DNA of 64,000 bases, from assembly GCA_039208735.1 (NCBI GenBank), contig JBCCQY010000023.1:12900-76899 (forward strand), written 5' to 3'. The DNA is from Myxococcota bacterium (GTDB taxonomy: Bacteria; Myxococcota_A; UBA796; GCA-2862545). The notes below the pieces were generated by a model. That model searched no databases and had not been told where the DNA came from. It was given only the letters and a program-made list of their open reading frames with translations. Shown piece after piece: positions 37,364-47,244 of the stretch (the first letter of the stretch is position 1; each line of letters begins with the position of its first letter). The translations under genes were made by a program, and so were the position numbers.

Positions 37364-39721
37364 TCAGAATGCAACGCCGAGGGTGAGCCGCACGTTCGCA
37401 GGAGGACCGGCTGTCGTATGCAGTGCGGGGATCTCGCTGGCGGGTTCGCCCGGGCGCCAGTGGCTCGCGTAGTTGTACTCGCCTTCCCGAAGCTGTCGGT
37501 TCAGCACGTTTTCCACTTCGAGATCGAGGCGGAGGCGGCGCCAGTGGTAGCCAAGCGTCGCATCGGTCATGACCAGCGTTGCCCCGGTCGCGCCAAAGGG
37601 CAACGGACGTGGGGCCACCGTGAGAACCCGAAGGCCAGCTCGCAAGCCGTTGTCATGGGTCACGACGCCACGCACCCCTGAAACGAGCCAGGGGGCGAGC
37701 GGCACGCGGTTGCCCGACTCCACGAATCGCGCGTCGACCAGCGTGAGGTCTGCGCTCAAACTGAGCCACGGCGTCGGGTTTGAGGACAGCACGAGCTCGG
37801 TCCCAAGTCGGCGCGTTCCGTTGAGTTCGAGGCTCACGCCCGACACATGGTCGAAGATCGACTCTCGCTCGATGAAGGTCGCGAACGCCGAGAGGCTGAG
37901 GCCAAACCCGTCTGCCGGGTTCCAGCGCGTGCCCAATTCCAGAGCGTCCGACACCGTTGCGGCCGGAGCCCCCCCGGTGAACACCTCTTCGCCGATGCCC
38001 GTGCGTCCGGGGTCGAAGGTGGACAAAGCGCGAGCTTCCGGAGGCCGGAAACCGCGACCGTAGGCAAAGAAGAGCCCGAACGCGTCGAAAGGCCTCCACT
38101 GGGCGGTCACCCGAGGCGAGGGGACGACGAAGGTGTGATCCCCCGGGGTGCCGTCTTCGAGGCGATCGGTCGCTCGCATGTGGATGAGGTCCGCGCGTGC
38201 CCCCGCATCGATCCGAAGCCGTTCGACGGGAGACCAACGCACGCCCGCGAACGCGTGGCCGATGAGCTGGATGCCCTTCAGATCACGGCGTTCACCGAGC
38301 AACTCAAGCTCCTGCCCCACGTTGTCCTCTCGCTGCGAGAACACGTCACCGCGCAGCCCCAGATGGGTTCGGAGCGTAAGCGGCTTGAACAACGAGGAGG
38401 TTTGGGACGCGAACAGGCCAAATGACTGGGTCTCCTGAAATTGGTCCCGGCGGTCGCCGTCCTTCGGGTTGATCAAAAAGCCCGTGAAGTTCTCCAACAG
38501 CTCGAGCCTGCGGTAGCCCGCGTACCCCGTCAGCGAGACTTCGTGGCCTTCGCCTCGCCAGTCGTACCGCAATGCCAGGCGCGCCCGGGCGCTCATCCCT
38601 TGCGAGAGCGGATCGTATGCCCCGTAGAAGTCGACCTGCCCCGCCTGGACGTCGTCGTTGCGCAAGGTCCCTGGCAGTTCAAACCTGGAATAGCCGCCGA
38701 GGCCGGTCAGATGAAGCGTCCCACCGCGGTCCAGGTCAAAGAGGCGCACGCGACCGTTGAACGTCGCTCGATTCAGGGCTCGATTGTCGCCGAACCCATC
38801 GTCATGGGTGGCTTCGAATCCTACAAACTGCTGTCCGCTATCGTCGCGCGGTGTGTACCTGGCAAAGATTCGATGTCGGTTGGTCGTGCCCACCGTGTAG
38901 GCCGCTCGCCAACCCAGATCGTTCATCGGAATCCCAAGGCGATAGTTGGCGGAGCCCGCCATCCCAAACGCCCCTTGCTCAGGGGTGAACGGTCCCCTGG
39001 TGACGGCAACCTCACGAATCATCTCGGGGATGATGATCGCGAGGTCGAGGTAGCCCTGTGCGTGAATGTTGGACCATTCGTTGATGGGCATCCCATCGAG
39101 GGTCAACTCGAGGTCAGCGCCATGGATGGCGTCAAAGCCCCGAAGAAAGAACTGGTGCCCCTTGCCCTCGCTACCGTGCTGTACGAGCGTCAAGCCAGGC
39201 ACCTGGCGCAAGACCTCCTCGGCATTCCGCCGGGGTGCCGACGTGATGTCCCGTGGGTTGAGCCTCACCGTAGAGGCCGTTTCAGGTTGGGAGCGCATGG
39301 CGATGACGGTGACCGAGGAGTCGATCCCGCCCGCCCAGTCCAACGAAACGGCGATGGGGACTCGGCGTTCCTCGTCCGATAGCTCCAGACGAACAGATTC
39401 GTAGCCGGGCGCACTCAAGTGCAAGACGGCCAACCCTTCCGCCACCCCATCGAGCGTAAACCCACCATTCTCGTCTGTGACGACGGAAAGACCAGTTCCC
39501 TCTATATGAACGATCACGCCCGAGATTCCATCGTCCCGGTCGGGTTCGGTGACCCATCCGGTGATGGCACCCGTTGAGACTGGCGGACTCGCGTACGCAC
39601 CCGTCGCCATGAGCGACGTCAAGGTTGCGCACGCCAGCCAAAAGGTCAGTCTTGGGAGTCGCAGTGTCCCTCTCCGTCGACGTGACCGAGAGTCCCGCTC
39701 TGCGCGACAAGCCACGTCCAC
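37364..39721 (-). CDS. TonB-dependent receptor with N-terminal carboxypeptidase-regulatory-like domain
   Basis: VPGL..VQH..EGKGHQFFLRGFDA.HG.D plug motif; C-terminal Phe. Start uncertain, likely near 39650. Confidence 0.9.
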   Translation of the reverse strand: MDVACRAERDSRSRRRRGTLRLPRLTFWLACATLTSLMATGAYASPPVSTGAITGWVTEPDRDDGISGVIVHIEGTGLSVVTDENGGFTLDGVAEGLAVLHLSAPGYESVRLELSDEERRVPIAVSLDWAGGIDSSVTVIAMRSQPETASTVRLNPRDITSAPRRNAEEVLRQVPGLTLVQHGSEGKGHQFFLRGFDAIHGADLELTLDGMPINEWSNIHAQGYLDLAIIIPEMIREVAVTRGPFTPEQGAFGMAGSANYRLGIPMNDLGWRAAYTVGTTNRHRIFARYTPRDDSGQQFVGFEATHDDGFGDNRALNRATFNGRVRLFDLDRGGTLHLTGLGGYSRFELPGTLRNDDVQAGQVDFYGAYDPLSQGMSARARLALRYDWRGEGHEVSLTGYAGYRRLELLENFTGFLINPKDGDRRDQFQETQSFGLFASQTSSLFKPLTLRTHLGLRGDVFSQREDNVGQELELLGERRDLKGIQLIGHAFAGVRWSPVERLRIDAGARADLIHMRATDRLEDGTPGDHTFVVPSPRVTAQWRPFDAFGLFFAYGRGFRPPEARALSTFDPGRTGIGEEVFTGGAPAATVSDALELGTRWNPADGFGLSLSAFATFIERESIFDHVSGVSLELNGTRRLGTELVLSSNPTPWLSLSADLTLVDARFVESGNRVPLAPWLVSGVRGVVTHDNGLRAGLRVLTVAPRPLPFGATGATLVMTDATLGYHWRRLRLDLEVENVLNRQLREGEYNYASHWRPGEPASEIPALHTTAGPPANVRLTLGVAF

Positions 39722-40353
39722 AAGTCGTTGACTTCTCCGCTGCTCCCTGGATCGAAGCTGCCGATGTCGGCGGCCTCGAGTTCTTGGCGAGTGATCGTCC
39801 CGTCGTCATCTGCGTCGGAGTCCGCCAGGGTCTGGAAGACCACCTGGGGCTCCTCTGCGACGAGGCTGTCATAGAAGAAATGGTCGGCGTGGACCGCGAT
39901 CTGGAAGGTGGCGGTTCCACCCTCGCTTACTTCGGTGGTGGTCTCGCAAGCCGAGTAGTCGGTTCGCTGGTCGAATACCCAGTCGAAGGTCTTGGTCGTG
40001 CCGTCCTTCGACGCGCTGCCCGCCAACTCGATCCGGGTGATGGCGAAGCTCGAGCCCGTATGGTCGCCCGTTGGAACTGCAGCTTGAGCCAAGGGATGCC
40101 CCGCGCCACCGGTCTCCACCGACAGGTCGATGGGGTCGCCTGCGGGCATCTCGACACCACCGACCACGACCTCGTCGACCGTGACGATGAAGGGGTCGAA
40201 GGTGACCGACCACCCGTCAGCCATCTCATTGGCCGGGATGCCCAGTTCAACGAAGTCCTCGCCATACACGGTTACCGCGACATCTCCGTCGGCACTGCAA
40301 GCCCAAAGAACGACCGTGGAACAGGTCAAGAGGGGAAGAATGCGCGCGCTCAT
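39646..40353 (-). CDS. Hypothetical lipoprotein with EF-hand-like motif
   Basis: Lipobox LWAC; HADHFF; DADDDGTITRQEL; HVDGEGHC. Confidence 0.75.
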   Translation of the reverse strand: MSARILPLLTCSTVVLWACSADGDVAVTVYGEDFVELGIPANEMADGWSVTFDPFIVTVDEVVVGGVEMPAGDPIDLSVETGGAGHPLAQAAVPTGDHTGSSFAITRIELAGSASKDGTTKTFDWVFDQRTDYSACETTTEVSEGGTATFQIAVHADHFFYDSLVAEEPQVVFQTLADSDADDDGTITRQELEAADIGSFDPGSSGEVNDLWTWLVAQSGTLGHVDGEGHCDSQD

Positions 40354-41159
40354 GGTGACTCCCGATGTTCAAGGTTGAAGTGGTCATGGGTTTGAAAGAC
40401 CCGACGGAAGGTGTTGTAGGCGTCCTCGACCTCGACCCGGTTGGGCTCGATCACGACAACGCCGACGCCATCTGCGGTGAGGGTGGCGAAGTCGACGCCG
40501 TCGAACACCGTGTCGCCTTCGGTCGCATCTAGGGTGTTGAACTGAAGATTTAGGGTACCCGTTGCGTTTTCATCGATCGTGGCCTCGAACGGCGCACCGA
40601 TCAGCTCTCGGCCCTCCGGGGAGTCCACAACGATGGTGAACGGCATGGTCAGGCCATTCTTCGTGGCGGTCCCGGAGATGATTGCGGTGTGGCCAACCAA
40701 AGGGTCCTCGGCATCAAGGTGCTCGGCCGAGCCACGTCCGAAGGTGAAGTTCGACGCGCTATAGGTCCCGGCGATCAGCGTCGCGGTGCCGAGTTCCCGG
40801 CCATCGTCCGTAGGCCAGTTCACGACATACTCGCCGCGCATCTCTCCGGTCACATCGCCGTTCTGGGCATGTCCGGGGTGAGCGAAAGCGCTGGGGATGA
40901 GCGTGTTGGAGATTGCCTGCCAGACCGACGCAAGGTGCACTTCTCCGGCGACGGTAAACACGACGTCCCTGATGGCGATACGCACTTCGGTGACATTCAC
41001 CTCGTAGCCAAGGTCGGACGTGACCGGTGCGACCCCCGAGGCGTCGACCACAACCGGGAGCAGCACACGGGGAGCTTCGCTGGGGTCGCTACAGGAGGTC
41101 AATCCTCCGAGGCTTAGCGGAACCAGGGCGCAGATCAACCAAAAGGACGCGGCCTTCAT
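40350..41159 (-). CDS. Hypothetical lipoprotein, possible metal-binding
   Basis: GAGGAG RBS; LTSC lipobox; AHPGH and THDH motifs. Confidence 0.75.
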   Translation of the reverse strand: MKAASFWLICALVPLSLGGLTSCSDPSEAPRVLLPVVVDASGVAPVTSDLGYEVNVTEVRIAIRDVVFTVAGEVHLASVWQAISNTLIPSAFAHPGHAQNGDVTGEMRGEYVVNWPTDDGRELGTATLIAGTYSASNFTFGRGSAEHLDAEDPLVGHTAIISGTATKNGLTMPFTIVVDSPEGRELIGAPFEATIDENATGTLNLQFNTLDATEGDTVFDGVDFATLTADGVGVVVIEPNRVEVEDAYNTFRRVFQTHDHFNLEHRESP

Positions 41160-41187
41160 CTGCTTTCTCCTCTCTGCTCGAGGTAAA

Positions 41188-41229
41188 TGCAAGCCACTTG
41201 CAGAAGTATCTTTCTGCAAGCCATTTGCA
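41188..41229. promoter_or_regulatory. Tandem Fur-family boxes TGCAA-N5-TTGCA
   Basis: TGCAAGCCACTTGCA (41188-41202) and TGCAAGCCATTTGCA (41215-41229), between the Fur-family gene and the TBDR operon. Confidence 0.8.
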
Positions 41230-41275
41230 ATTGCAAGTCGAATCCTGTAAAGCTTTATTCGAGCCTGGGATCCGC

Positions 41276-41722
41276 ATGACCATCACCGAGGACGAGGCAC
41301 GAACGCTCCTACAGAGGAGTTCACTCCGGGCGACGGCTCCACGCGTTGCCGTACTCCGCGTGCTCGCTCGTGCCCAGCATCCATTGTCGCACACCGACGT
41401 ACTCGATCGTCTTGGCAAGACGAACTGGGATCCAGCGACGATCTACCGGAATCTGGTGAAGCTCCGAGACGCTGGCGTGGCCCCGGTGGTGAGCCGCGCT
41501 GAGGGCATCGATCGCTACGCGCTTGCCGAAGCGGATGGCGATGGACACCGGCATCCACACTTCTTTTGCGAAGAATGCGGTCGCGTCGTCTGCTTACCGG
41601 CGGAACTTACCGCCTCCGTTTCGATGGAGGGGAGCTGGGCTGCGTCGATCCGGAAAGCAACGATCCATCTCCGCGGCGCATGTCCGGACTGCCTTCGCCG
41701 CAGAGGCGAGGAAGCATCTTGA
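41276..41722 (+). CDS. Fur-family transcriptional regulator
   Basis: LRATAPR, ATIYRNL, HRHPHFFCEECG, C-terminal CPDC. Confidence 0.92.
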   Translation: MTITEDEARTLLQRSSLRATAPRVAVLRVLARAQHPLSHTDVLDRLGKTNWDPATIYRNLVKLRDAGVAPVVSRAEGIDRYALAEADGDGHRHPHFFCEECGRVVCLPAELTASVSMEGSWAASIRKATIHLRGACPDCLRRRGEEAS

Positions 41723-41816
41723 TCCACGGCAGCGACTCAGCCTGCTGACATCAGGGTGTCAGGAGGGCTCCGCTAACTCTCCAAGCACCACCGCACCGGT
41801 GGGTTTGGAGAACGAC

Positions 41817-42212
41817 ATGAAGCGCACACCCGTGAATCCCTGGTCGTGGTCCCTGAACCTTGGCTACAACCAAGGCGAAATCCTTGAAGACGTTCAACGA
41901 CAACTGATCTGTGCGGGGCAAACGTCGGTGGATGGTGAAGGCAACCCGCAACACCTCGACGACATGCGCCGCCAACTCACGCTGACGTTGGACAATCTTG
42001 CCGCGGTGCTCAACGAGGCCGACATGAGCCTCGCCAGCGTCACCCAACTCCGCATCTACGCGACCGATGTGGACGAGGCTCTCAAGCACTTCGACGTGCT
42101 GGGGACGCGGTTTGGGCCGGCCGGCGTCGCCCCACCCATGACGTTGCTTGGCGTGACCCGACTGGCCGTGCCGGGGCTTCTGATCGAGATCGAGGCCACG
42201 GCGTCAGCCTGA
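41817..42212 (+). CDS. RidA (YjgF/YER057c/UK114) family protein
   Basis: CAGQTS, LDNL, TLLGVTRLA...IEIEATA; ATG 41817 after GGAG. Confidence 0.9.
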   Translation: MKRTPVNPWSWSLNLGYNQGEILEDVQRQLICAGQTSVDGEGNPQHLDDMRRQLTLTLDNLAAVLNEADMSLASVTQLRIYATDVDEALKHFDVLGTRFGPAGVAPPMTLLGVTRLAVPGLLIEIEATASA

Positions 42213-42215
42213 CTC

Positions 42216-42923
42216 TCAAACCCCGCGTGGGATCGTGCAGACCGAAGACGCCTCTTCCGCCGCAAGGATGGCCTGCAACGTTCGGTCGGGGTGGGCTTCG
42301 GGAGGCGGCATGGCATCGCCCAACGCAAAGTCCTCAATGCGATCGACCCGAAAGTGACGGCCTTCCTGACGAAGCTCACACCAAGCCGTCAACGACCAAC
42401 TCCGTCCCCAGAACATCAACCCCAGCGGCCATACGATTCGCGTGGACGAACGGTTCTCGGCATCCTGGTAGTGCATCTCCACCTTGCGTCGAGCCCGGAT
42501 GGCCCGGCGCAGGGGCCCGAGGGCTGCAGGAACCCGAGGATGTCGGTCCGGGGCGAAAAGGCTCGCGTCCTCGGTGAAGTGGAGCAACGCTTCGGGGAGC
42601 ACCTCTCGAATCTTCGCGAGGGCGGCGGCGGCGGCCTGGCCGAGTTCGGGATCCCCCCAGGCGTGAACCATCCGAACGCCGGCCACCAAGGCCTCGATTT
42701 CGGCGGCGTTGAAGGTCATGGAGGGCAGTTCGTAGCCTCGAGCCAATCGATAGCCGACGCCTGCCTCGCCTTCGATCGGCACGCCACTGTCTTCGAGATC
42801 CCGAATGTCACGGTAGACCGTTCGCAGCGACACTCGAAGCTCTTCGGCAAGCCACGCGCCGGTGGCGACGGGTCGCTCGCGGAGCAGCTGGACGAGACGA
42901 AACAGTCGATCAGCGCGACGCAT
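42216..42923 (-). CDS. YafY-family HTH-WYL regulator
   Basis: MRRADRLF, VSLRTVYRDI, GEAGVGY, AWCELR, FRVDRI. Confidence 0.92.
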   Translation of the reverse strand: MRRADRLFRLVQLLRERPVATGAWLAEELRVSLRTVYRDIRDLEDSGVPIEGEAGVGYRLARGYELPSMTFNAAEIEALVAGVRMVHAWGDPELGQAAAAALAKIREVLPEALLHFTEDASLFAPDRHPRVPAALGPLRRAIRARRKVEMHYQDAENRSSTRIVWPLGLMFWGRSWSLTAWCELRQEGRHFRVDRIEDFALGDAMPPPEAHPDRTLQAILAAEEASSVCTIPRGV

Positions 42924-42960
42924 GTGGCTTCGTATCGCAGGCGGAAGGCGCCGCGGGGCA

Positions 42961-44115
42961 TCACATCGGCTGAAGCGTGGCGTCCAGTGCGCGAATGAGT
43001 TCCCCGACGAGGTCGTCAGGATGCTCCACCCCAACCGAAAGTCGCAACAACCCCTCGCCGATGCCGGCCGCGGCGCGCGCTTCGGCGCTCATGGACACGT
43101 GCGTCATGGTGGCAGGGTGCGCGACGAGGCTCTCCACGCCTCCGAGCGATTCAGCAAGGCTGAAGCACCGGAGTTGAGGCACGAAGCGTTCCACCGCAGC
43201 CCGCCCACCCTTCAGCTCGAACGACAGCATGCCGCCAAACCCCGATTGCTGGGCGGCGGCGACGCCGTGACCAGGATGGGCCGTCAATCCAGGCCAATTC
43301 ACCCGGGCGATTGCCGCGTGTTCCTGTAGCGCTTCGGCCACGAGGCGGGCGTTGGTCTCGTGCTTCGCCATTCGCACCCCAAGCGTTCGCAGGCCGCGGA
43401 GGGTGAGCCAAGCATCGTGCGGCGACCCCGTCAGCCCTAGGCAATTCGCCCACCAGGCGATCGACTCCAAGACCTCGGGGTCTCGAGCCACGATGGCGCC
43501 ACCAACGACATCCGAATGCCCGTTGAGGTACTTGGTGGTGCTGTGAACCACGATGTCGGCCCCGAGGGCCAGCGGGCGCTGATGTACGGGCGAAAGGAAA
43601 GTGTTGTCTGCCACGAGTAGTGCGGAGCCCTTCTGGGCCGAGACGGCCCGAAGGTCCGTGATGCGAAGCAGTGGATTGCTCGGCGTTTCCACCCAGATGA
43701 GGTCCGAAGGTGTCGAGAGGGCGTGATCCCGGATCTTGGGGTCGGTCAGATCGACAAACTCGACGTGCAGGCTGTTTCGGCGATGGAGGGCGTCGAGCAA
43801 TCGCCAGGTTCCTCCATAGCAGTCGTGCGCCGCAACCACGCGCCCTCCCGGCGGGACGAGATGCAGCACCGACGTGATGGCCGACATGCCTGAACTCGTC
43901 ACCACCCCGCCGCAGCCTCCTTCAAGGTCGGAGATGGCGTGACCGAGCTGATCCCGTGTAGGGTTGCCCGAGCGGGTGTAGTCGTAGGGACGTTTTTCGC
44001 CAAGCCCTGCGAAGGTGAAGGTCGAGCTTGCGACCAGGGGAGGGACCACCGCACCATGGACGGGATCGGAACAAAGTGCCGCGCGAACGGCTCGGGTCGT
44101 CGGTTCGAAGCTCAT
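42961..44115 (-). CDS. metB: Cystathionine gamma-synthase
   Basis: YDYTRSGNPTR, ETPSNP, DNTF, HSTTKYLNGHSD (PLP Lys), AESLGGVESL. Confidence 0.92.
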   Translation of the reverse strand: MSFEPTTRAVRAALCSDPVHGAVVPPLVASSTFTFAGLGEKRPYDYTRSGNPTRDQLGHAISDLEGGCGGVVTSSGMSAITSVLHLVPPGGRVVAAHDCYGGTWRLLDALHRRNSLHVEFVDLTDPKIRDHALSTPSDLIWVETPSNPLLRITDLRAVSAQKGSALLVADNTFLSPVHQRPLALGADIVVHSTTKYLNGHSDVVGGAIVARDPEVLESIAWWANCLGLTGSPHDAWLTLRGLRTLGVRMAKHETNARLVAEALQEHAAIARVNWPGLTAHPGHGVAAAQQSGFGGMLSFELKGGRAAVERFVPQLRCFSLAESLGGVESLVAHPATMTHVSMSAEARAAAGIGEGLLRLSVGVEHPDDLVGELIRALDATLQPM

Positions 44116-45134
44116 GCTTCACCCCGCAAGCGTTCGATGTCGACACAGAGCGCTTTGGCCGTTCCGACCGCTCCCACTCCGTAGCCCACATGGGTGTGCG
44201 CACCGTCCGCGAGTTCGTACCGATAGACGACGGCATCGGGATGGACCGCGAGCGAATCGGTGCGATCGAGAGCGGCATACCGAAGCGAGAGGGATCCGCC
44301 TCGTTCGATGCGCCCCACGAGCCGGGTGGTCTGGCCAGCCTTGGCGGTAGCTTGCAAGGTGCCTGGGGCGATGCTGCGTAGATCCTGAACATCCACGTCA
44401 TCGACCGAATGCGGAACCCCCGACAGTGCCCCTGCGATCAAGGCGAGCTTGACCGCGGCATCACGACCCTTCAAGTCCAGTTCCGGGTCTGGCTCCAGAA
44501 CCCCCATCGCTTCGGCGCGGGCCAGCCCGTCGGCGAAGGTCCCTCCTTCTTCGATGCAGGTGATGATGATGGTGGTGCTCGCATTTCCAGCCAGTGCGGC
44601 GCGCTCCCAGTTCCGCTGGAGGAGAGCCAGCTCGGCCTGAAGGCGAGCGCCGGTGCCTCCCAAAACGGCATTGGCCCCCAAGCGGGGATGCGCGAGCAAC
44701 GTCGGGTCGGCAGCTACCGCGTGCTTACTGGCCAAGGCCACGCACTGGCCTCGATCGAGCCACGTCCGAATCCGGATGGCGTCGGACGGTCCTTGTTGCA
44801 GGCGGGTCGGCGTGGCATCGAGCACGATCTGGGCTGCTGCTGCCGGCTCGATGTCGTCCTGCCAGGTGTGCAGGCACTCGGGGGTTCGCACGAGGGACCG
44901 TCCTCGCCCTTTGTCCCGAAGGATCGCGAGAATCGGAAGTCCGGTGGGGTCGAGAGCCGTGCCTTGGGAGTCGGAGCAGCCCACCACCACATCGGGGCCG
45001 CCAAGCGACAGGTATGCGCGACCGACTGCGCCCACGCCGAGCAGATGAATGCGTGCTGCCTGCGTCGGGGACGGGCCGCTCGTACAAAACGCGTCGACCG
45101 TTGAAGGGTCGGCCGCGCACAAATCGAACGTCAT
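44112..45134 (-). CDS. Homoserine dehydrogenase-like protein
   Basis: LLGVGAVG, ASK, GNAS, EPDPELDLKGRDAAVKL, G.GVG...TA; AGGAG RBS before ATG 45134. Confidence 0.8.
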   Translation of the reverse strand: MTFDLCAADPSTVDAFCTSGPSPTQAARIHLLGVGAVGRAYLSLGGPDVVVGCSDSQGTALDPTGLPILAILRDKGRGRSLVRTPECLHTWQDDIEPAAAAQIVLDATPTRLQQGPSDAIRIRTWLDRGQCVALASKHAVAADPTLLAHPRLGANAVLGGTGARLQAELALLQRNWERAALAGNASTTIIITCIEEGGTFADGLARAEAMGVLEPDPELDLKGRDAAVKLALIAGALSGVPHSVDDVDVQDLRSIAPGTLQATAKAGQTTRLVGRIERGGSLSLRYAALDRTDSLAVHPDAVVYRYELADGAHTHVGYGVGAVGTAKALCVDIERLRGEA

Positions 45135-45222
45135 GAACACTCCTGTGAGAAAGCGCCCACCATCAGGGCTGCGCGACCTCGAACCAGAAGTGAACGGCGT
45201 CGACCCCGCGAGGGTCTCAGCA

Positions 45223-45338
45223 CTCATCTTCCGGCGACCTCGAGGGCCGTCGCAGGAGTTGGCACCTTTCCTCTGGGTTTCCCCGAAGGCGGTTGCCCCG
45301 GTGTCGTCGGGCCTGATCCCTCGACCGGTCTGGATGAG
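45223..45338 (-). ncRNA. SAM-I riboswitch
   Basis: Minus strand reads CTCATCCAGA..GAGGGA..GGCCC..GCAACC...GGTGCCAACTCC...GAAGATGAG; upstream of methionine genes. Confidence 0.93.
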
Positions 45339-45542
45339 CTGGCCGTGGCGTAACCCTCGCGCCGCCGGCGAGTCAACCCTGAGCGGTCGCAAGGAGCCTC
45401 AATGCGGGTCAGGCTGGCCGCGACCAAGTGAGACCGACCGCCCAAACGACCGTTCATCCCGAGGATCCAGTTCGGCACATCGTGTGCAGGAAGTGGCTGG
45501 TTTTCACAACAATACGAGTCCGCCTCGTAGTGGGGAATCGCT

Positions 45543-45971
45543 TTGGAACACTTCACACCGCTCTCGGCTCTGGTCGGCGGATCGCTTATCGGGTTGTCCG
45601 CATCGATCCTGCTGTTGTTTACAGGGCGCGTCGCAGGAATTAGCGGCATCTACGCAGGTATTTTACGGCCCGTGACCGGCGACTTCGGCTGGCGTGTCGC
45701 CTTCATCGGAGGCCTCATCGCCGGGGGCTTCGCCCTGATGTGGGCAGCTCCCACGGCCATTGCCGTCGCCTCCGAACGCTCCCTGGCCACGACGGCACTG
45801 GCAGGCTTGGTGGTCGGGCTTGGCGTTCGCATGGGGGCTGGATGCACGTCCGGTCATGGCGTGTGCGGCATCGCTCGCGCTTCGAACCGCTCGTTGATCG
45901 CCACCATCACGTTCGTCGGTGCGGGCATGATCACAGCGAGCCTCATGACCCTGCTTGGAGGTGGGGCATGA
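45543..45971 (+). CDS. YeeE/YedE family sulfur-compound transporter subunit
   Basis: GRVAGISG, GCTSGHGVCG. Confidence 0.9.
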   Translation: MEHFTPLSALVGGSLIGLSASILLLFTGRVAGISGIYAGILRPVTGDFGWRVAFIGGLIAGGFALMWAAPTAIAVASERSLATTALAGLVVGLGVRMGAGCTSGHGVCGIARASNRSLIATITFVGAGMITASLMTLLGGGA

Positions 45972-46420
45972 AGACCCTGCTCATCAGCTTCCTGTCGGGC
46001 TTCCTGTTTGCGCTGGGCTTGGGAATCTCGGGCATGACCCAAGCCGACAAGGTCATCGCGTTTCTCGACTTGGCCGGGGGCTGGGACCCGAGCCTGGCCT
46101 TCGTCATGATCGGAGCCATCGGCACCCACGCGGCATTTCGCTGGCTCATCATGAAGCGCGACGCCCCGGTGTGGGGGCCCAGATTCCGCCTGCCCTCTCG
46201 ACAAGATGTGGACGGAACATTGCTTGGCGGAGCCGCGTTGTTTGGCGTTGGATGGGCGCTTGGGGGCTATTGTCCGGGCCCGGGAATCGTGTCGGTCGCC
46301 AGTGGTGCGGTCGAGCCGCTGGTCTTCGTTGCGATGGCCACCGTCGGCATGCTGCTTTGGCAGGTCACCCCGAAGAGACGTCCACACCGCGCTTCCCATC
46401 GGGTGAACGCTCCTTCTTAA
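45968..46420 (+). CDS. YeeE/YedE family partner subunit
   Basis: SGMT..KV..FLD..G.WDPSL, GYCPGP; ATGA overlap. Confidence 0.9.
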   Translation: MKTLLISFLSGFLFALGLGISGMTQADKVIAFLDLAGGWDPSLAFVMIGAIGTHAAFRWLIMKRDAPVWGPRFRLPSRQDVDGTLLGGAALFGVGWALGGYCPGPGIVSVASGAVEPLVFVAMATVGMLLWQVTPKRRPHRASHRVNAPS

Positions 46421-46497
46421 GCGACGCGAGCAGTTCGTCCCTCACACTCTCACGACGGGCTGTGTCCAACTCCACGAATCCTTTCACGGAGGTTTCG

Positions 46498-47244
46498 ATG
46501 GAAGCAAAGCAAGTTGTCGTGATTGCTGGCTCAAGTAGGGGCATTGGGCGCGCTGCCGCGATGCAAGCCTCAGCGTCGGGCCATGCGGTCGTGCTGTTCA
46601 GCCGCAATGGCGAGGCCCTTGACGCGCTAGCGAGTTCACTCGGTGAGGATGCGTCTTGGGTAGCTGGGGACATCGGCCTGCCCGATGATGTTGGGCGACT
46701 CGCAGCGCAGGTGGAGGCGCGCTATGGGCGGGTGGACCAGCTGTTTGTCAGTGCCGGGTTTGCCCCGTTTGGACCTCTCGATGAACTTCATCCCGCGGTG
46801 GTGGAGCGAGCCCTCCAAACCCACATCGCAGGCCCGCTCTACCTCGTGAAAGCGCTGTTGCCGTGGCTCCGAGAGGGGGGGGCGATCTTGCTGACGGCGA
46901 GCGGAATGCACCACCGCCCCCTAGCTGAGGCCGCGCTGTGGGTTGCGTGCACCTCTGCCGTCGTAGGGTTGGCTCGATCGCTGGCCATCGAGCTGGCACC
47001 TCGGAAGATCAATGTGAATGCGCTCTCTCACGGGCCAGTCGATACGCCCATCTTCGATGACTACGGGATGCCCCCAGAGGCGGTCGCTGCGATGAAGGCG
47101 GACTTGGCTTCGCAAACGTTGGCCAAACGCATGGCTACGACCGAGGAGATCGCCGCGTTGGCGCTGTCACTGCTCCGGCCAGGCAGCTACGTGAACGGCA
47201 CGGAGATCATCGCCAATGGCGGCTGGAATCTGGCGGGACGATGA
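46498..47244 (+). CDS. Short-chain dehydrogenase/reductase lacking the YxxxK motif
   Basis: GSSRGIG, INVN...GPVDTP, YVNGTEI..NGG; WVACT at the catalytic position. Confidence 0.85.
   Translation: MEAKQVVVIAGSSRGIGRAAAMQASASGHAVVLFSRNGEALDALASSLGEDASWVAGDIGLPDDVGRLAAQVEARYGRVDQLFVSAGFAPFGPLDELHPAVVERALQTHIAGPLYLVKALLPWLREGGAILLTASGMHHRPLAEAALWVACTSAVVGLARSLAIELAPRKINVNALSHGPVDTPIFDDYGMPPEAVAAMKADLASQTLAKRMATTEEIAALALSLLRPGSYVNGTEIIANGGWNLAGR

Noticed and set aside
42216..42923. WYL protein as a marker of a defence system
   Set aside because: Ordinary YafY-type regulator downstream of metB with no defence genes adjacent
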